NCBI GenBank assembly: GCA_020349885.1
Contig: CP070701.1
Location: 32,498-96,497, forward strand
DNA from: Acidobacteriota bacterium
GTDB taxonomy: Bacteria > Acidobacteriota > G020349885
DNA length: 64,000 nucleotides
Reading direction: 5' to 3'
This document shows, piece by piece, positions 12,563 through 21,143 of this stretch. The position numbers were made by a program, and so were the translations under genes. The notes beneath the pieces were generated by a model. It was given only the letters and a program-made list of their open reading frames with translations, was not told the origin of the DNA and made no database searches. Numbering within the stretch: the stretch's first letter is position 1; each line of letters begins with the position of its first letter.

Positions 12563-13332
12563 CGCCGTTTCTCGAATACCGCGACCTGCACAAGTCGTTC
12601 GGCACGAACCGCGTGCTCGACGGCCTGAACCTGGAAATCCGCAAGGGCGAGACGATGGTCGTCCTGGGCGCAAGCGGCACGGGCAAAAGCGTCCTCCTCA
12701 AGCACACCATCGGCCTTCTGAAGCCCGACCGGGGCGAGGTGCGGGTCGAGGGCACTGACATCGTCCCCTTCTCGGAAAGCGAGCTCCAGGCGGTGCGCGA
12801 AAAAATCGCGATCGTGTTTCAGGCGGGCGCGCTCTTCGACTCGCTCACGGTCTACGAGAACGTAGCCTACCCGCTGCACGAGCATCGGGATCTGCCCGAG
12901 GAGGCGGTGCGCGCCCGCGTGCGCGACACGCTGGGGCTCGTCGGGCTCTACGGCGTCGAGGAAAAAATGCCCGTCGACCTTTCGGGCGGCATGCGGAAGC
13001 GCGTCGCCCTGGCGCGCGCCATCGTGCTCGAGCCCGAGGCCATCCTGTACGACGAGCCCACGACGGGCCTGGACCCTATCATCGCTAACAAGATCAACGA
13101 CCTCATCATGAGCATGCAGAAAGTGCTGCGGGTGACGAGCATCGTCGTAACGCACGACCTGGTGAGCGCCTTCAAGGTGGGCGACCGGATCGCGCTCATC
13201 CACGAGGGGCGCATCGCCTTCGTGGGAACGCGCGACGAGGTGCGGCGCGCGGCGGATCCGACGCTCCTCGAGTTCACAACGGGCGGCGAGCGAGGTGGAG
13301 GCTATGAGCGAATCATCCAGCACGCGGGTTAA
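12559..13332 (+). CDS. mlaF: Phospholipid ABC transporter ATP-binding protein MlaF
   Basis: Walker A (GASGTGKSVLLK), ABC signature (LSGGMRKRVALARA) and Walker B (ILYDEPTTGLD) are all present. Confidence 0.9.
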   Translation: MTPFLEYRDLHKSFGTNRVLDGLNLEIRKGETMVVLGASGTGKSVLLKHTIGLLKPDRGEVRVEGTDIVPFSESELQAVREKIAIVFQAGALFDSLTVYENVAYPLHEHRDLPEEAVRARVRDTLGLVGLYGVEEKMPVDLSGGMRKRVALARAIVLEPEAILYDEPTTGLDPIIANKINDLIMSMQKVLRVTSIVVTHDLVSAFKVGDRIALIHEGRIAFVGTRDEVRRAADPTLLEFTTGGERGGGYERIIQHAG

Positions 13333-14743
13333 GGTCGGCGCTCTCATCGCCGTGGCGCTGGCCATTTTCGCCTTCGCCGTCGTGTCGGTGGGAACGCGCC
13401 AGAAGCTCTTTACGCGCTCCGTGACGTACACCGTGCACTTCCGCACCGTGGCGGGCCTTCAGGACGGGTCGCCCGTGAAGCTCCACGGCGTGCGCATCGG
13501 AACGGTCAAGTCGGTGTCGCTGACGCCCGATCCCATCGAGCAGCGCATCGACGTCGTGCTCTCCATCGAGCGGCGCTACGCGCAGCACATCCGCACCGAC
13601 ACCGTCGCGCAGATTAAAACCATCGGCCTCCTCGGCGACAAGTACGTGTTCCTCTCCTCGGAGCGTGACCCCGGGGCGGAGCCCATCGAGCCGGGCGGTG
13701 CGATTCGCGTCGTAGAGCTCGTGGACTACGACGTGCTCGTCCGCCAGAGCGAGGATATTCTCACGAACGCCGCCATCATCACGTCCTCGCTCCGGCAGCT
13801 TCTTCTGGGACTCGAGCGCGGTGAGACGCTCGCAGGAAAACTCTTCAGCGACCCCGACTTCGGCCACGACCTGGTCGATTCGATGACCCGGACGGTCAAA
13901 CACTGGGAAGGAATTTCCTCCGGCGTGCACGAGGGGCGCGGCCTCGCCGGCCGCTTCCTGACCGACGAGGCCTACGCCGAGCGAATCACGGGCGAGCTCG
14001 AAACGTCCATCGCGCGCCTGGAGCGCATCCTCGCAACCACCGAGGAGGGCAAAAACCTTGCAGGGAAGTTGCTCGTCGAATCGCCCGAAAGCGAGGAGCT
14101 CTTCGACAACCTCGTGGTTTTCTCGAAAGGGCTTCGGGAAGTGGGCGAGGCCTTCGAGAAGCACGAGGGCTTCCTGCCTTCGCTCATCGAGGGCTCCACG
14201 GAGGGGCGCGAGATGGCCGCGAACTTCCACGCGACGCTCCACAGCCTTGCCTCCATCCTGGACAAGCTCGACCGCGGCGAAGGCAGCGCCGGCGCCTTCC
14301 TGAACGAGCCCGCACTCTATCAGGCCATGGAGGACATCGTGGGTGCGGTGTCAAAGAGCGGCCCGACGAAGTGGTTTATACGCAAGAAGCGCCGCAAGGG
14401 CGAGCGCCAGCGATTGAAGGAAGAGCGCATTGAAGCCGCGGCGGAGGAGGAATCTTCTTCCGAAGGGAAGAAACGCCCGTCCTCCGACTCGCCGGCGGAC
14501 TCACTGTCCAGCCCGACTGGGGAGACGTCGGACGAGCCCGACTTGCCGGACGAGCCCGACTTGCCGGACGAGACCCTCTCCGAAGAACAGGAGGCCGGGC
14601 TCCTCCACGGCGGGGAAAAACGTTCCGCGCTGGCGCCCCAAGGCCGGACGCTTCCCGCGCCGCACGACGAGGTCGTGGTGACCGCAAAGCGTCCGCGCGA
14701 CCCCTTCGCCGAGCCGCCGCCCCCCCTGAAGAATCCTTCCTAA
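13304..14743 (+). CDS. mlaD: MCE-domain protein MlaD with long C-terminal helical/acidic extension
   Basis: An N-terminal TM segment is followed by an MCE domain (VHFRTVAGLQDGSPVKLHGVRIGTVKSVSL). A C-terminal extension of about 300 aa ends in an acidic tail with a DEPDLPDEPDLPDE tandem repeat. The ATG at 13304 has a good SD (GGTGGAGG). Confidence 0.8.
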   Translation: MSESSSTRVKVGALIAVALAIFAFAVVSVGTRQKLFTRSVTYTVHFRTVAGLQDGSPVKLHGVRIGTVKSVSLTPDPIEQRIDVVLSIERRYAQHIRTDTVAQIKTIGLLGDKYVFLSSERDPGAEPIEPGGAIRVVELVDYDVLVRQSEDILTNAAIITSSLRQLLLGLERGETLAGKLFSDPDFGHDLVDSMTRTVKHWEGISSGVHEGRGLAGRFLTDEAYAERITGELETSIARLERILATTEEGKNLAGKLLVESPESEELFDNLVVFSKGLREVGEAFEKHEGFLPSLIEGSTEGREMAANFHATLHSLASILDKLDRGEGSAGAFLNEPALYQAMEDIVGAVSKSGPTKWFIRKKRRKGERQRLKEERIEAAAEEESSSEGKKRPSSDSPADSLSSPTGETSDEPDLPDEPDLPDETLSEEQEAGLLHGGEKRSALAPQGRTLPAPHDEVVVTAKRPRDPFAEPPPPLKNPS

Positions 14744-14753
14744 GCGCGGCGGC

Positions 14754-15380
14754 ATGGAATTTCCCCGCGCGCTTGCACGAGAGGCCAAGCGGCGCAGGCT
14801 GCGCCTCGGCGAGCGCGAACGCGAAGCGTTCGAGACCCTCTATCTTCTTCTCACGCGCTGGAACGCGCGCATCAACCTGACGGGCCTCAAAACGCCCGCC
14901 GCCATCGCGCGCGTCCTGTTTGTCGAGTCGCTCCTCGCGGAGCAGATGGGTTTCGCGCTGGCGGGCCCGCTCCTCGACGTAGGCTCCGGAGCGGGCTTTC
15001 CGGGGCTCCCGCTCGCCGTGCGCCACCCCGCGCTGCGGGTGACGCTCCTCGAAGCGCGCGCCAAGCGGGCCGCGTTTCTGCGGGAGGCCGTCGCGCGTCT
15101 TTCCCTGACGAACGCGAGCGTCGTTGAGGGCCGTCTCGAAGAAGCCGCGGTCCAGGACCGCTTCGGGTCGCGCTACCGTTTTTTCGCGCTCCGCGCCGTG
15201 GGCGAGCTCGCGCCTTTTCTTCCCCGGCTCAAGGCGCTTGCGGGGAAGGAGCCCGTCGTGCTCGCTTACCTGAAAGCGCAGCGGCTGGCGTCCTGCGTCC
15301 GCGAGGGCCGCGTCGCCGTGATAAAGAGGAAGGCGCTTTCGTCGCCCGCGTCCGTGCTTGCGGCGCTGCGTTTCCTCTGA
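14754..15380 (+). CDS. rsmG: 16S rRNA (guanine527-N7)-methyltransferase RsmG (GidB)
   Basis: The SAM-binding motif LLDVGSGAGFPGLPLAV and the overall RsmG layout are present. Length is 208 aa. Confidence 0.85.
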   Translation: MEFPRALAREAKRRRLRLGEREREAFETLYLLLTRWNARINLTGLKTPAAIARVLFVESLLAEQMGFALAGPLLDVGSGAGFPGLPLAVRHPALRVTLLEARAKRAAFLREAVARLSLTNASVVEGRLEEAAVQDRFGSRYRFFALRAVGELAPFLPRLKALAGKEPVVLAYLKAQRLASCVREGRVAVIKRKALSSPASVLAALRFL

Positions 15381-15456
15381 TTGCTGCGTCCCTTTCCGCT
15401 TCTCGCCGGGGGAAGAGAGGCGGCCGCGTTTGCGGGAGAATGAGTTAAAAGAAAAA

Positions 15457-15490
15457 GGCGCAGTGTTTACTGCGCCCTTTTCAGTTTTTT
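15457..15490. terminator. Bidirectional rho-independent terminator between the convergent rsmG and lysine-rich-protein genes
   Basis: A GGCGCAGT-gttt-ACTGCGCC hairpin is flanked by an A-rich stretch upstream (AAAAGAAAAA) and a T-rich stretch downstream (CTTTTCAGTTTTTT). Confidence 0.6.
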
Positions 15491-15502
15491 GCCAAAGGCA
15501 GC

Positions 15503-15670
15503 TTAGCGCCTTTTCCTTTTCTTAGTTGCCTTCTTCTTAGTTGCCTTTCTCTTTGTCGCCTTCTTCTTTGTCTTCTTCTTGGCGGCGCTTTTCTTGGTGC
15601 GCTTTCGTGTTGCGCGCCCTTTCGTTGCCTTCTTCTTTTTGCTCCCGCCCTTTTTCGCTCGCTTTTTCAT
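15503..15670 (-). CDS. Small lysine/alanine-rich basic protein (histone H1-like / Hc1-like nucleoid-associated protein candidate)
   Basis: On the minus strand, ATG at 15670 to TAA at 15503 translates to MKKRAKKGGSKKKKATKGRATRKRTKKSAAKKKTKKKATKRKATKKKATKKRKRR. This is below the 60-aa cutoff of the ORF track. Upstream are a strong SD (AAAGGGGG) and a TTGACT...TATTCT promoter in an AT-rich region. Confidence 0.6.
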   Translation of the reverse strand: MKKRAKKGGSKKKKATKGRATRKRTKKSAAKKKTKKKATKRKATKKKATKKRKRR

Positions 15671-15837
15671 TTGCATTCACCCCCTTTCGTTTTTTGTTAG
15701 GGCCTTTCAGAATAACACTCTTTTTGAAAAAGTCAAGTCTTTTTGTAAAAAATTAATTTTTTTCTTCCGGCACCGCGTCAAAAAACCATAGGAGTATATA
15801 ACCTATGTATAAACATCATATTTCCCTGGAAGAAGGT

Positions 15838-16224
15838 TCAGGTCTTTGTGGTTTTTACGACGCCCGCGGCCATCTTGGCCACCGTCACGATGCCGACGCG
15901 CTGCCAGTCCCGCTCTCCCGCGTAGACGATGTGCAGCGTGTAGCGCAGCTCGGGCGATGCGTCCTGAATCATTTTGATCCATTTGAGGAAAAGCAGAATG
16001 CCGGCGGAATTGAGATACTCGAGTTTCGTGAAATCCAGGCGCACCTCGGAAAAGCCATGCTCCATGGCCTGCTGGTGCACCTGAGTCATGTAGGAGAACA
16101 GGATGTCGGAAGGATCCGGCATGCTGATTTCGCCGACGAATTCGAGCTCGGCGCCTCCCTCGATTTCCTTGGCGTGAATCTGAATGTCTTCCTGGCTGAA
16201 GTTCGAAACGGAAAATTTGCTCAC
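15838..16224 (-). CDS. STAS-domain (anti-sigma-factor-antagonist-like) protein, hypothetical
   Basis: A 128-aa protein with an LDFTKLEYLNSAGILLFLKW segment resembling the SpoIIAA/STAS core. This is a weak family-level call. Confidence 0.4.
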   Translation of the reverse strand: MSKFSVSNFSQEDIQIHAKEIEGGAELEFVGEISMPDPSDILFSYMTQVHQQAMEHGFSEVRLDFTKLEYLNSAGILLFLKWIKMIQDASPELRYTLHIVYAGERDWQRVGIVTVAKMAAGVVKTTKT

Positions 16225-16485
16225 GGCTTTATCCTCCTATAGTTCAAAGCGGTGCATCATAGCACAACCCGCTGCGTCGGCGCTACCTCCCGAGTCGAGT
16301 CATCCGGGCTCTTGCCGTAGGGAGTACCGTCTTGAAGTCGGGAATGGAGCGTTCTCGGTTTCGTCGAAACGCGTCGCGGGCTTGCTCGCCAGCCTGCCCC
16401 TCCGGGGCCCGCGGAAAAGTTGCCTGCTTTTCGCGTTTCCTTTATCATGCATCGTCCCGACTGATGACGGGGGGCAATTCTTATT

Positions 16486-17280
16486 ATGCTTCGAGTCTCG
16501 GTTCTCGCCAGCGGAAGCAGAGGCAACGCCACGTGGGTGGAGGCGCCCGACGGGGCGGCGCTCCTTATTGACGCCGGCCTCGGCCCGCGGGTGCTCGAGC
16601 ATCGCATCAAGGCCATCGGCCGCCGTCCCGACTCGGTGGCGGGCATCCTCGTCACGCACGAGCATTCCGACCACATCGCCGGCCTGGAGCGGTTCGCCGC
16701 GAAACACCGCGTTCCCGTTTACGCCTCCAAGAAGCTTCTGCAGCGCAGCAGGACCCTTCAGTACGTCCAGGCGCGCGTGCCGCTTACGGCGGGGAAGGCG
16801 GTCGACGTCTGCGGAATCCGCGCGACGCCCATTCCCGTGCCGCACGACGCCATCGACCCCTTCGCGTTCCGCATCGAGGCGGCGGGCGTGCGCTTGGGCT
16901 ACGTGACGGACATCGGGATGCCCACGCCCACGGCCGTGGAGGAGCTTTCCCGCTGCCACGCCCTTGTCGTCGAGTTCAACCACGACCGCGACATGCTCGA
17001 GAACGGCCCCTACGACCCCTGGCTCAAGGAGCGCATACGCGGCCGCCGCGGTCACCTTTCCAACGACCAAGGGGCGCACCTTCTCTCGTCGATTCTCCAC
17101 AAGGGCTGCCGCGACGTGTTCCTCGCGCACCTGAGCGAGCAGAACAACGAGGCCTCGCGGGCACTTGAGGCGGCTGACTGGGCGTGCGAGAAGCGCGGCT
17201 TTGCGCCGACGGTCCGCGTCGCGAGGCAGGAAGAGCCTTCCGAGCTTGTGCCCGTCCGCGACGGAAGGAGAAGTAAGTGA
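16486..17280 (+). CDS. MBL-fold metallo-hydrolase (YycJ/WalJ-like)
   Basis: The metallo-beta-lactamase HxHxDH motif (THEHSDHIAGL) is present. The N-terminus MLRVSVLASGSRGNATWVE is typical of the YycJ family. Confidence 0.8.
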   Translation: MLRVSVLASGSRGNATWVEAPDGAALLIDAGLGPRVLEHRIKAIGRRPDSVAGILVTHEHSDHIAGLERFAAKHRVPVYASKKLLQRSRTLQYVQARVPLTAGKAVDVCGIRATPIPVPHDAIDPFAFRIEAAGVRLGYVTDIGMPTPTAVEELSRCHALVVEFNHDRDMLENGPYDPWLKERIRGRRGHLSNDQGAHLLSSILHKGCRDVFLAHLSEQNNEASRALEAADWACEKRGFAPTVRVARQEEPSELVPVRDGRRSK

Positions 17281-18377
17281 GCGCCGACTTTGCGGAGCTC
17301 TGGCGGTCTCCGTACCTTCAGGCGCTCGTCCTGGTTCTCTTCGCCTGGCCTGCGGCTCGCCTCTTCGACTTCGTCCTGATCCGCTGGGTCGCCCGGTTAG
17401 CTCGGAAAACCAAGAGCGAGCTCGACGACGCCATCCTGGCCGTCATGCACAGGCCCGTGATGCTCATCGTCGTCCTCCTGGTCGTGCGCGCGGCCGTGCT
17501 TCGCCTGGGCGACAGGATTCACCCCGTGGCCGTCCAGTACCTCGAGGGGGGCATCTACGTAATCGGCGTCGTCGTGGGCGTCATGCTCGCCCACGGCCTT
17601 CTCCGTGCGGTGCTCGACTGGTACGCGGCCGAGCTGGCCCGCCGCACGCAGTCGAAGGTGGACGACAAGTTCCTGCCGCTTCTCTACAAGATCGGGCGCA
17701 TCTTCGTGGCGCTCACCGGCGCGATGGTGGTTCTGCAGCATTTCCACTTCAACATCGCCTCCCTGGTCGTGTCGCTCGGCGTGGGCTCGCTCGCGGTGGG
17801 CCTGGCGGCGCAGGACACGATAGCGAACATCATCGCCGGCTTCCTGATAATGCTCGACAAGCCCTTCCGCATCGGCGACCGCATCGAGTTCTCCGACGGC
17901 ACCGTCGGGGACGTCGTGGACATCGGGCTCCGCTCGACCAAGATCAAGAATTTCGACCACAACGTCATCATCGTTCCCAACAAGGACCTCGTCAACGAGC
18001 GTCTCGTCAACTACGGCTACCCCGATTTCGTCCAGACCGTCCGCCTGCGGGTGGGCGTCGCCTACGGGAGCGACGTGGCCAAGGTGAAGCGGCTGCTCCT
18101 TGAGTGCGCGAGGCAGGTGGAAAGCATCGACAAGGAGGATGAGCCGGTGGTGCGCTTCATCGAGTTCGGCGACTCGTCGCTCAACTTCCTGCTTCTCGGC
18201 AAGGTGAGGAACTACCGGGACCGCTTCGCCGCCGTGGACGCCCTGCACACGCTCGTGGACAAGCGCTTCGCCGAGGAAGGCATCGAGATCCCGTTCCCGC
18301 ACCGCACGGTGTTGCACCGCGTCGAGGACGCGGAGCTGGAGAAGCTGCGGAAGTCGGATGTGAAGCTGCCTTCCTGA
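17277..18377 (+). CDS. Mechanosensitive ion channel, MscS family
   Basis: N-terminal TM helices are followed by a conserved MscS beta domain ([54 protein letters not shown]). Confidence 0.85.
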   Translation: MSADFAELWRSPYLQALVLVLFAWPAARLFDFVLIRWVARLARKTKSELDDAILAVMHRPVMLIVVLLVVRAAVLRLGDRIHPVAVQYLEGGIYVIGVVVGVMLAHGLLRAVLDWYAAELARRTQSKVDDKFLPLLYKIGRIFVALTGAMVVLQHFHFNIASLVVSLGVGSLAVGLAAQDTIANIIAGFLIMLDKPFRIGDRIEFSDGTVGDVVDIGLRSTKIKNFDHNVIIVPNKDLVNERLVNYGYPDFVQTVRLRVGVAYGSDVAKVKRLLLECARQVESIDKEDEPVVRFIEFGDSSLNFLLLGKVRNYRDRFAAVDALHTLVDKRFAEEGIEIPFPHRTVLHRVEDAELEKLRKSDVKLPS

Positions 18378-18393
18378 GGATTCCTCTCACGCC

Positions 18394-19071
18394 GTGACCC
18401 CCGCCGTCGTTCTCATCTCCGGTGGCATGGACTCGGCCGTGGCGGCCGCCGCGGCGAAACGCGAAGGTTTTTCCCTTTACGCCCTAACGCTCCGCTACGG
18501 TCAGCGCCATGCGGCGGAGCTGCGTGCGGCGCGCCGCGTTGCGAAGGCCCTCGGCGTCCGCGAGCACCTCGTGCTTCCCGTAAATTTGAGGGCCTTCGGC
18601 GGCTCTGCTCTGACTGGAAATATCGCCGTCCCCGGGCGGAGGAAAAGCACGCGCGGCATTCCCGCCACCTACGTTCCCGCGCGCAACACGGTCTTCCTGT
18701 CGCTCGCGCTCACCTACGCCGAGACGCGCAAGGCGTTCGACATCTTCATCGGCGCGAACGTCGTCGACTACAGCGGCTACCCCGACTGCCGCCCCGCGTA
18801 CCTTCGCTCCTTCGAGCGCACGGCGAACCTCGCCACCAAGGCGGGCGTCGAGGGCAGGGGAAAATTCCGCATCCGCGCGCCGCTTCTGAGGAAGAGCAAG
18901 GCGCAAATCGTGCGCCTGGGGCTCCGCCTGGGCGTGGATTTTTCGCTGACGCGCTCCTGCTACGACCCCGCGCCTCGCGGCGCCGCCTGCGGCGCGTGCG
19001 ACGCCTGCCGCCTTCGCTTGAAGGGGTTCCGCGAGGCGGGCGTCGAGGATCCCGTCCGCTACGCGAAGTAA
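18394..19071 (+). CDS. queC: 7-cyano-7-deazaguanine synthase QueC
   Basis: A PP-loop ([15 protein letters not shown]) and the C-terminal Zn-binding CxxC...[10 protein letters not shown] motif are present. Length is 225 aa. Confidence 0.9.
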   Translation: MTPAVVLISGGMDSAVAAAAAKREGFSLYALTLRYGQRHAAELRAARRVAKALGVREHLVLPVNLRAFGGSALTGNIAVPGRRKSTRGIPATYVPARNTVFLSLALTYAETRKAFDIFIGANVVDYSGYPDCRPAYLRSFERTANLATKAGVEGRGKFRIRAPLLRKSKAQIVRLGLRLGVDFSLTRSCYDPAPRGAACGACDACRLRLKGFREAGVEDPVRYAK

Positions 19072-19329
19072 CGCTCCTCCGCGCGTCTCGCCCCGTCCCG
19101 CTGGTGCGGTGTTTTATTCTGCCTTGACAAAACCCGACGCCTGCGTCGGGATCGGGCAAATTCAGAACGAACTTGCGAGAACGGGGGGGCACATCGGCAA
19201 TTCGCCCATTTGACTTTTTCTCTCCGGCCATGCTAACCTGTTTCCGCAAAGAGGGGGATCGTTCGTGGGACGACCCTCTGCGACAAGCGAAAAGAAAACA
19301 TCCATGGATGTAAGGAGCGTGGCAATACC

Positions 19330-19848
19330 GTGAATACGAGACGCCTAATTCGCCCCAATTTAACGCAGGCCAGGGAGGAGCCGCCGCCCCCGCCCCGCCC
19401 GCCGGCGCAGACACAAGGCGGCAGAGGAGGGAGCGCGTCCTTTTCCCGTTCCCAAGGCCATCAAGGGCAGCAGCAGCGGCACCACCAGAGCAGCCGCCCG
19501 CGGCGCCTGCCCTTTGACCTGACCTTCGCCGAGAGCTTTTACTACCTCAAGCAGATGAAGAGCCGCACCCTCATGGCGGTGCAGTTGCTTGACGGCGAGA
19601 CCCTCTACGGCGTCATCGAGTGGTACGACCGCGACGCCATCAAGCTGGTGCGCGACGGGCAGCCGAACCTGGTTGTGCCCAAGCGCAACATCAAGTACCT
19701 CTACAAAAGCGAGGACGGCGCCGGTGCGGAGGTGCAGGATGAGGCGGAGCACACCGGGGAGGCGGAGCACACCGACGAGGAGGCACCCGAGCCACCCAAG
19801 AAGCAGCGGCGCACGCGGCGTGCCAAACAACCCCGGGAGGCGCAGTAG
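19330..19848 (+). CDS. Sm-like (Hfq-like) RNA-binding protein with RGG/Pro-rich N-terminal and acidic repeat C-terminal extensions
   Basis: The core SFYYLKQMKSRTLMAVQLLDGETLYGVIEWYDRDAIKLVRDGQPNLVVPKRNIKYLY aligns by eye to Hfq's Sm1 ([25 protein letters not shown]) and Sm2 (YKHAI) motifs. The N-terminus is PPPPPRPP/RGG-rich. The C-terminus has an EAEHTGEAEHTDEEA repeat. Confidence 0.5.
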   Translation: MNTRRLIRPNLTQAREEPPPPPRPPAQTQGGRGGSASFSRSQGHQGQQQRHHQSSRPRRLPFDLTFAESFYYLKQMKSRTLMAVQLLDGETLYGVIEWYDRDAIKLVRDGQPNLVVPKRNIKYLYKSEDGAGAEVQDEAEHTGEAEHTDEEAPEPPKKQRRTRRAKQPREAQ

Positions 19849-19966
19849 GCCCGTCCTCCGCAGTAGCTCTGCTACGGAGGGTGGACCGGCCGCTCTCAAG
19901 CGCTTGCCCCGACAAAGTCGGGGCTTGCCCTCCCCCGACGGAAAAGCCGGGGGTCGGAGCCGGCCC

Positions 19967-20917
19967 GTGCTGGCGCTGAGCATGGGCGAGCCCGCGGGCA
20001 TCGGGCCCGAGCTTTTGTTGCGTGTGGCCGCCCGCTCCGACGTTTGCAGGCGCGCCAAGCTCATTTTGGTCGGCAACCGCGCGGTCTTTGCCCGGTACGC
20101 GCGAAGGCTCAAATTGCCGCTCCCCCGCACGCTCCATCCGACGGGCAAAAATTTCGCTTTTCGTCCGGGGGCGCCTTCCCTCGCAACGGGCCGCGAGGCG
20201 ATCCATGCCCTCAACGCCGCCGCAGCCCTCGTGCTCGGCGGGCAGGCCGACGCGCTGGTTACGGCTCCCATGGCGAAAGCCGCGTTCCGCCGCTCGAAGC
20301 ATCGCACCAGCGGCCATACGGACTATCTCACGCACCGGACGGGAACGCGGCGCACCATGATGATTTTCGTGAAGCGGCACGGCCCGGCGGTGGCGCTCCA
20401 TACGGTGCACCTGCCGCTTCGGGAAGCCCTTCGGCAGGTTACGAAGCGCCGCCTCGTGCAGAACCTTCTTTTTCTCGCCAGGGAATATCCGCGCCTTTTC
20501 GGGCGCGTGCCGCGCATCGCCGTGGCGGGCCTTAATCCCCACGCCGGCGAGGACGGGCTATTGGGGGCCGAGGAGGAGCGCACCGTTGCGCCGGCCGTCC
20601 GAGAAGCCTGCGCCCGCGGCGTCCGCGCGGAAGGGCCCTTTGCGCCCGACACGATTTTCCTTCAGGCGAAAGCCCGAAACTTCGACGTGGTTTTCGCCTT
20701 GTACCACGACCAGGGACTTATCGCCTCCAAGGCCCAGGGGCTTTTCCGTTATGTGAACCTCACGCTCGGTCTCCCCTTCGTGCGCACGTCGCCCGACCAC
20801 GGCGTTGCCTGCGAGCTGGCCGGCACGGGACGTGCGGACGACCGGGGCATGCGTGAGGCCGTGCTGCTTGCGGCCCGGATCGCCCAGAGGAGGGTATCTC
20901 GGCCCGAACGCAATTGA
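19967..20917 (+). CDS. pdxA: 4-hydroxythreonine-4-phosphate dehydrogenase PdxA
   Basis: PdxA motifs are present (LALSMGEPAGIGPEL, GHTDYL, AVAGLNPHAGE, YHDQGLI). The in-frame GTG at 19967 (or ATG at 19982) is the likely start. The ORF portion upstream of that overlaps the Hfq-like gene and is not coding. Confidence 0.85.
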   Translation: MLALSMGEPAGIGPELLLRVAARSDVCRRAKLILVGNRAVFARYARRLKLPLPRTLHPTGKNFAFRPGAPSLATGREAIHALNAAAALVLGGQADALVTAPMAKAAFRRSKHRTSGHTDYLTHRTGTRRTMMIFVKRHGPAVALHTVHLPLREALRQVTKRRLVQNLLFLAREYPRLFGRVPRIAVAGLNPHAGEDGLLGAEEERTVAPAVREACARGVRAEGPFAPDTIFLQAKARNFDVVFALYHDQGLIASKAQGLFRYVNLTLGLPFVRTSPDHGVACELAGTGRADDRGMREAVLLAARIAQRRVSRPERN

Positions 20918-20952
20918 CAACGTCGGCGGTGCGCGGATAGAGTGGTATATAG

Positions 20953-21023
20953 GCGGCGTAGCCAAGTGGTAAGGCAAGGGTCTGCAAAACCCTCATTCGC
21001 CGGTTCGAGTCCGGCCGCCGCCT
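20953..21023 (+). tRNA. tRNA-Cys (GCA)
   Basis: Cloverleaf by eye: acceptor GGCGGCG/CGCCGCC, D-arm GCCAAGTGGTAAGGC, anticodon stem-loop GGGTCTGCAAAACCC (anticodon GCA), T-arm GCCGGTTCGAGTCCGGC, discriminator T. No CCA is encoded. Confidence 0.85.
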
Positions 21024-21143
21024 CTCTCCTCCCCTAAACCGCCGAGGCCGTCAAGGGCTTTTGTTCCCCCTTTTTTTGCTTCCTTGCCGGAGCCCCATGG
21101 GTAACTTGCAAGCCGTGTCCTCATGTGTATCATGAGGCACGCT

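Noticed and set aside
16184-16906. 240-aa plus-strand ORF overlapping the MBL hydrolase in another frame
   Set aside because: The MBL frame carries the HxHxDH motif. This alternative frame is Ser/Arg/Pro-rich.
19124-19152. TTGACAA followed by a CCCGACGC-ct-GCGTCGGG hairpin after queC
   Set aside because: The hairpin is not followed by a T-tract, so it is not a classic intrinsic terminator. There is no matching -10 at proper spacing for the TTGACA. I left it unannotated.
19589-19966. 5' extension of the pdxA reading frame overlapping the Hfq-like gene
   Set aside because: The conserved PdxA N-terminus (LALSMGEPAGIGPE) starts at 19967/19982. The upstream part is Ser/Thr/Arg-rich read-through in an alternative frame of the Sm-like gene.
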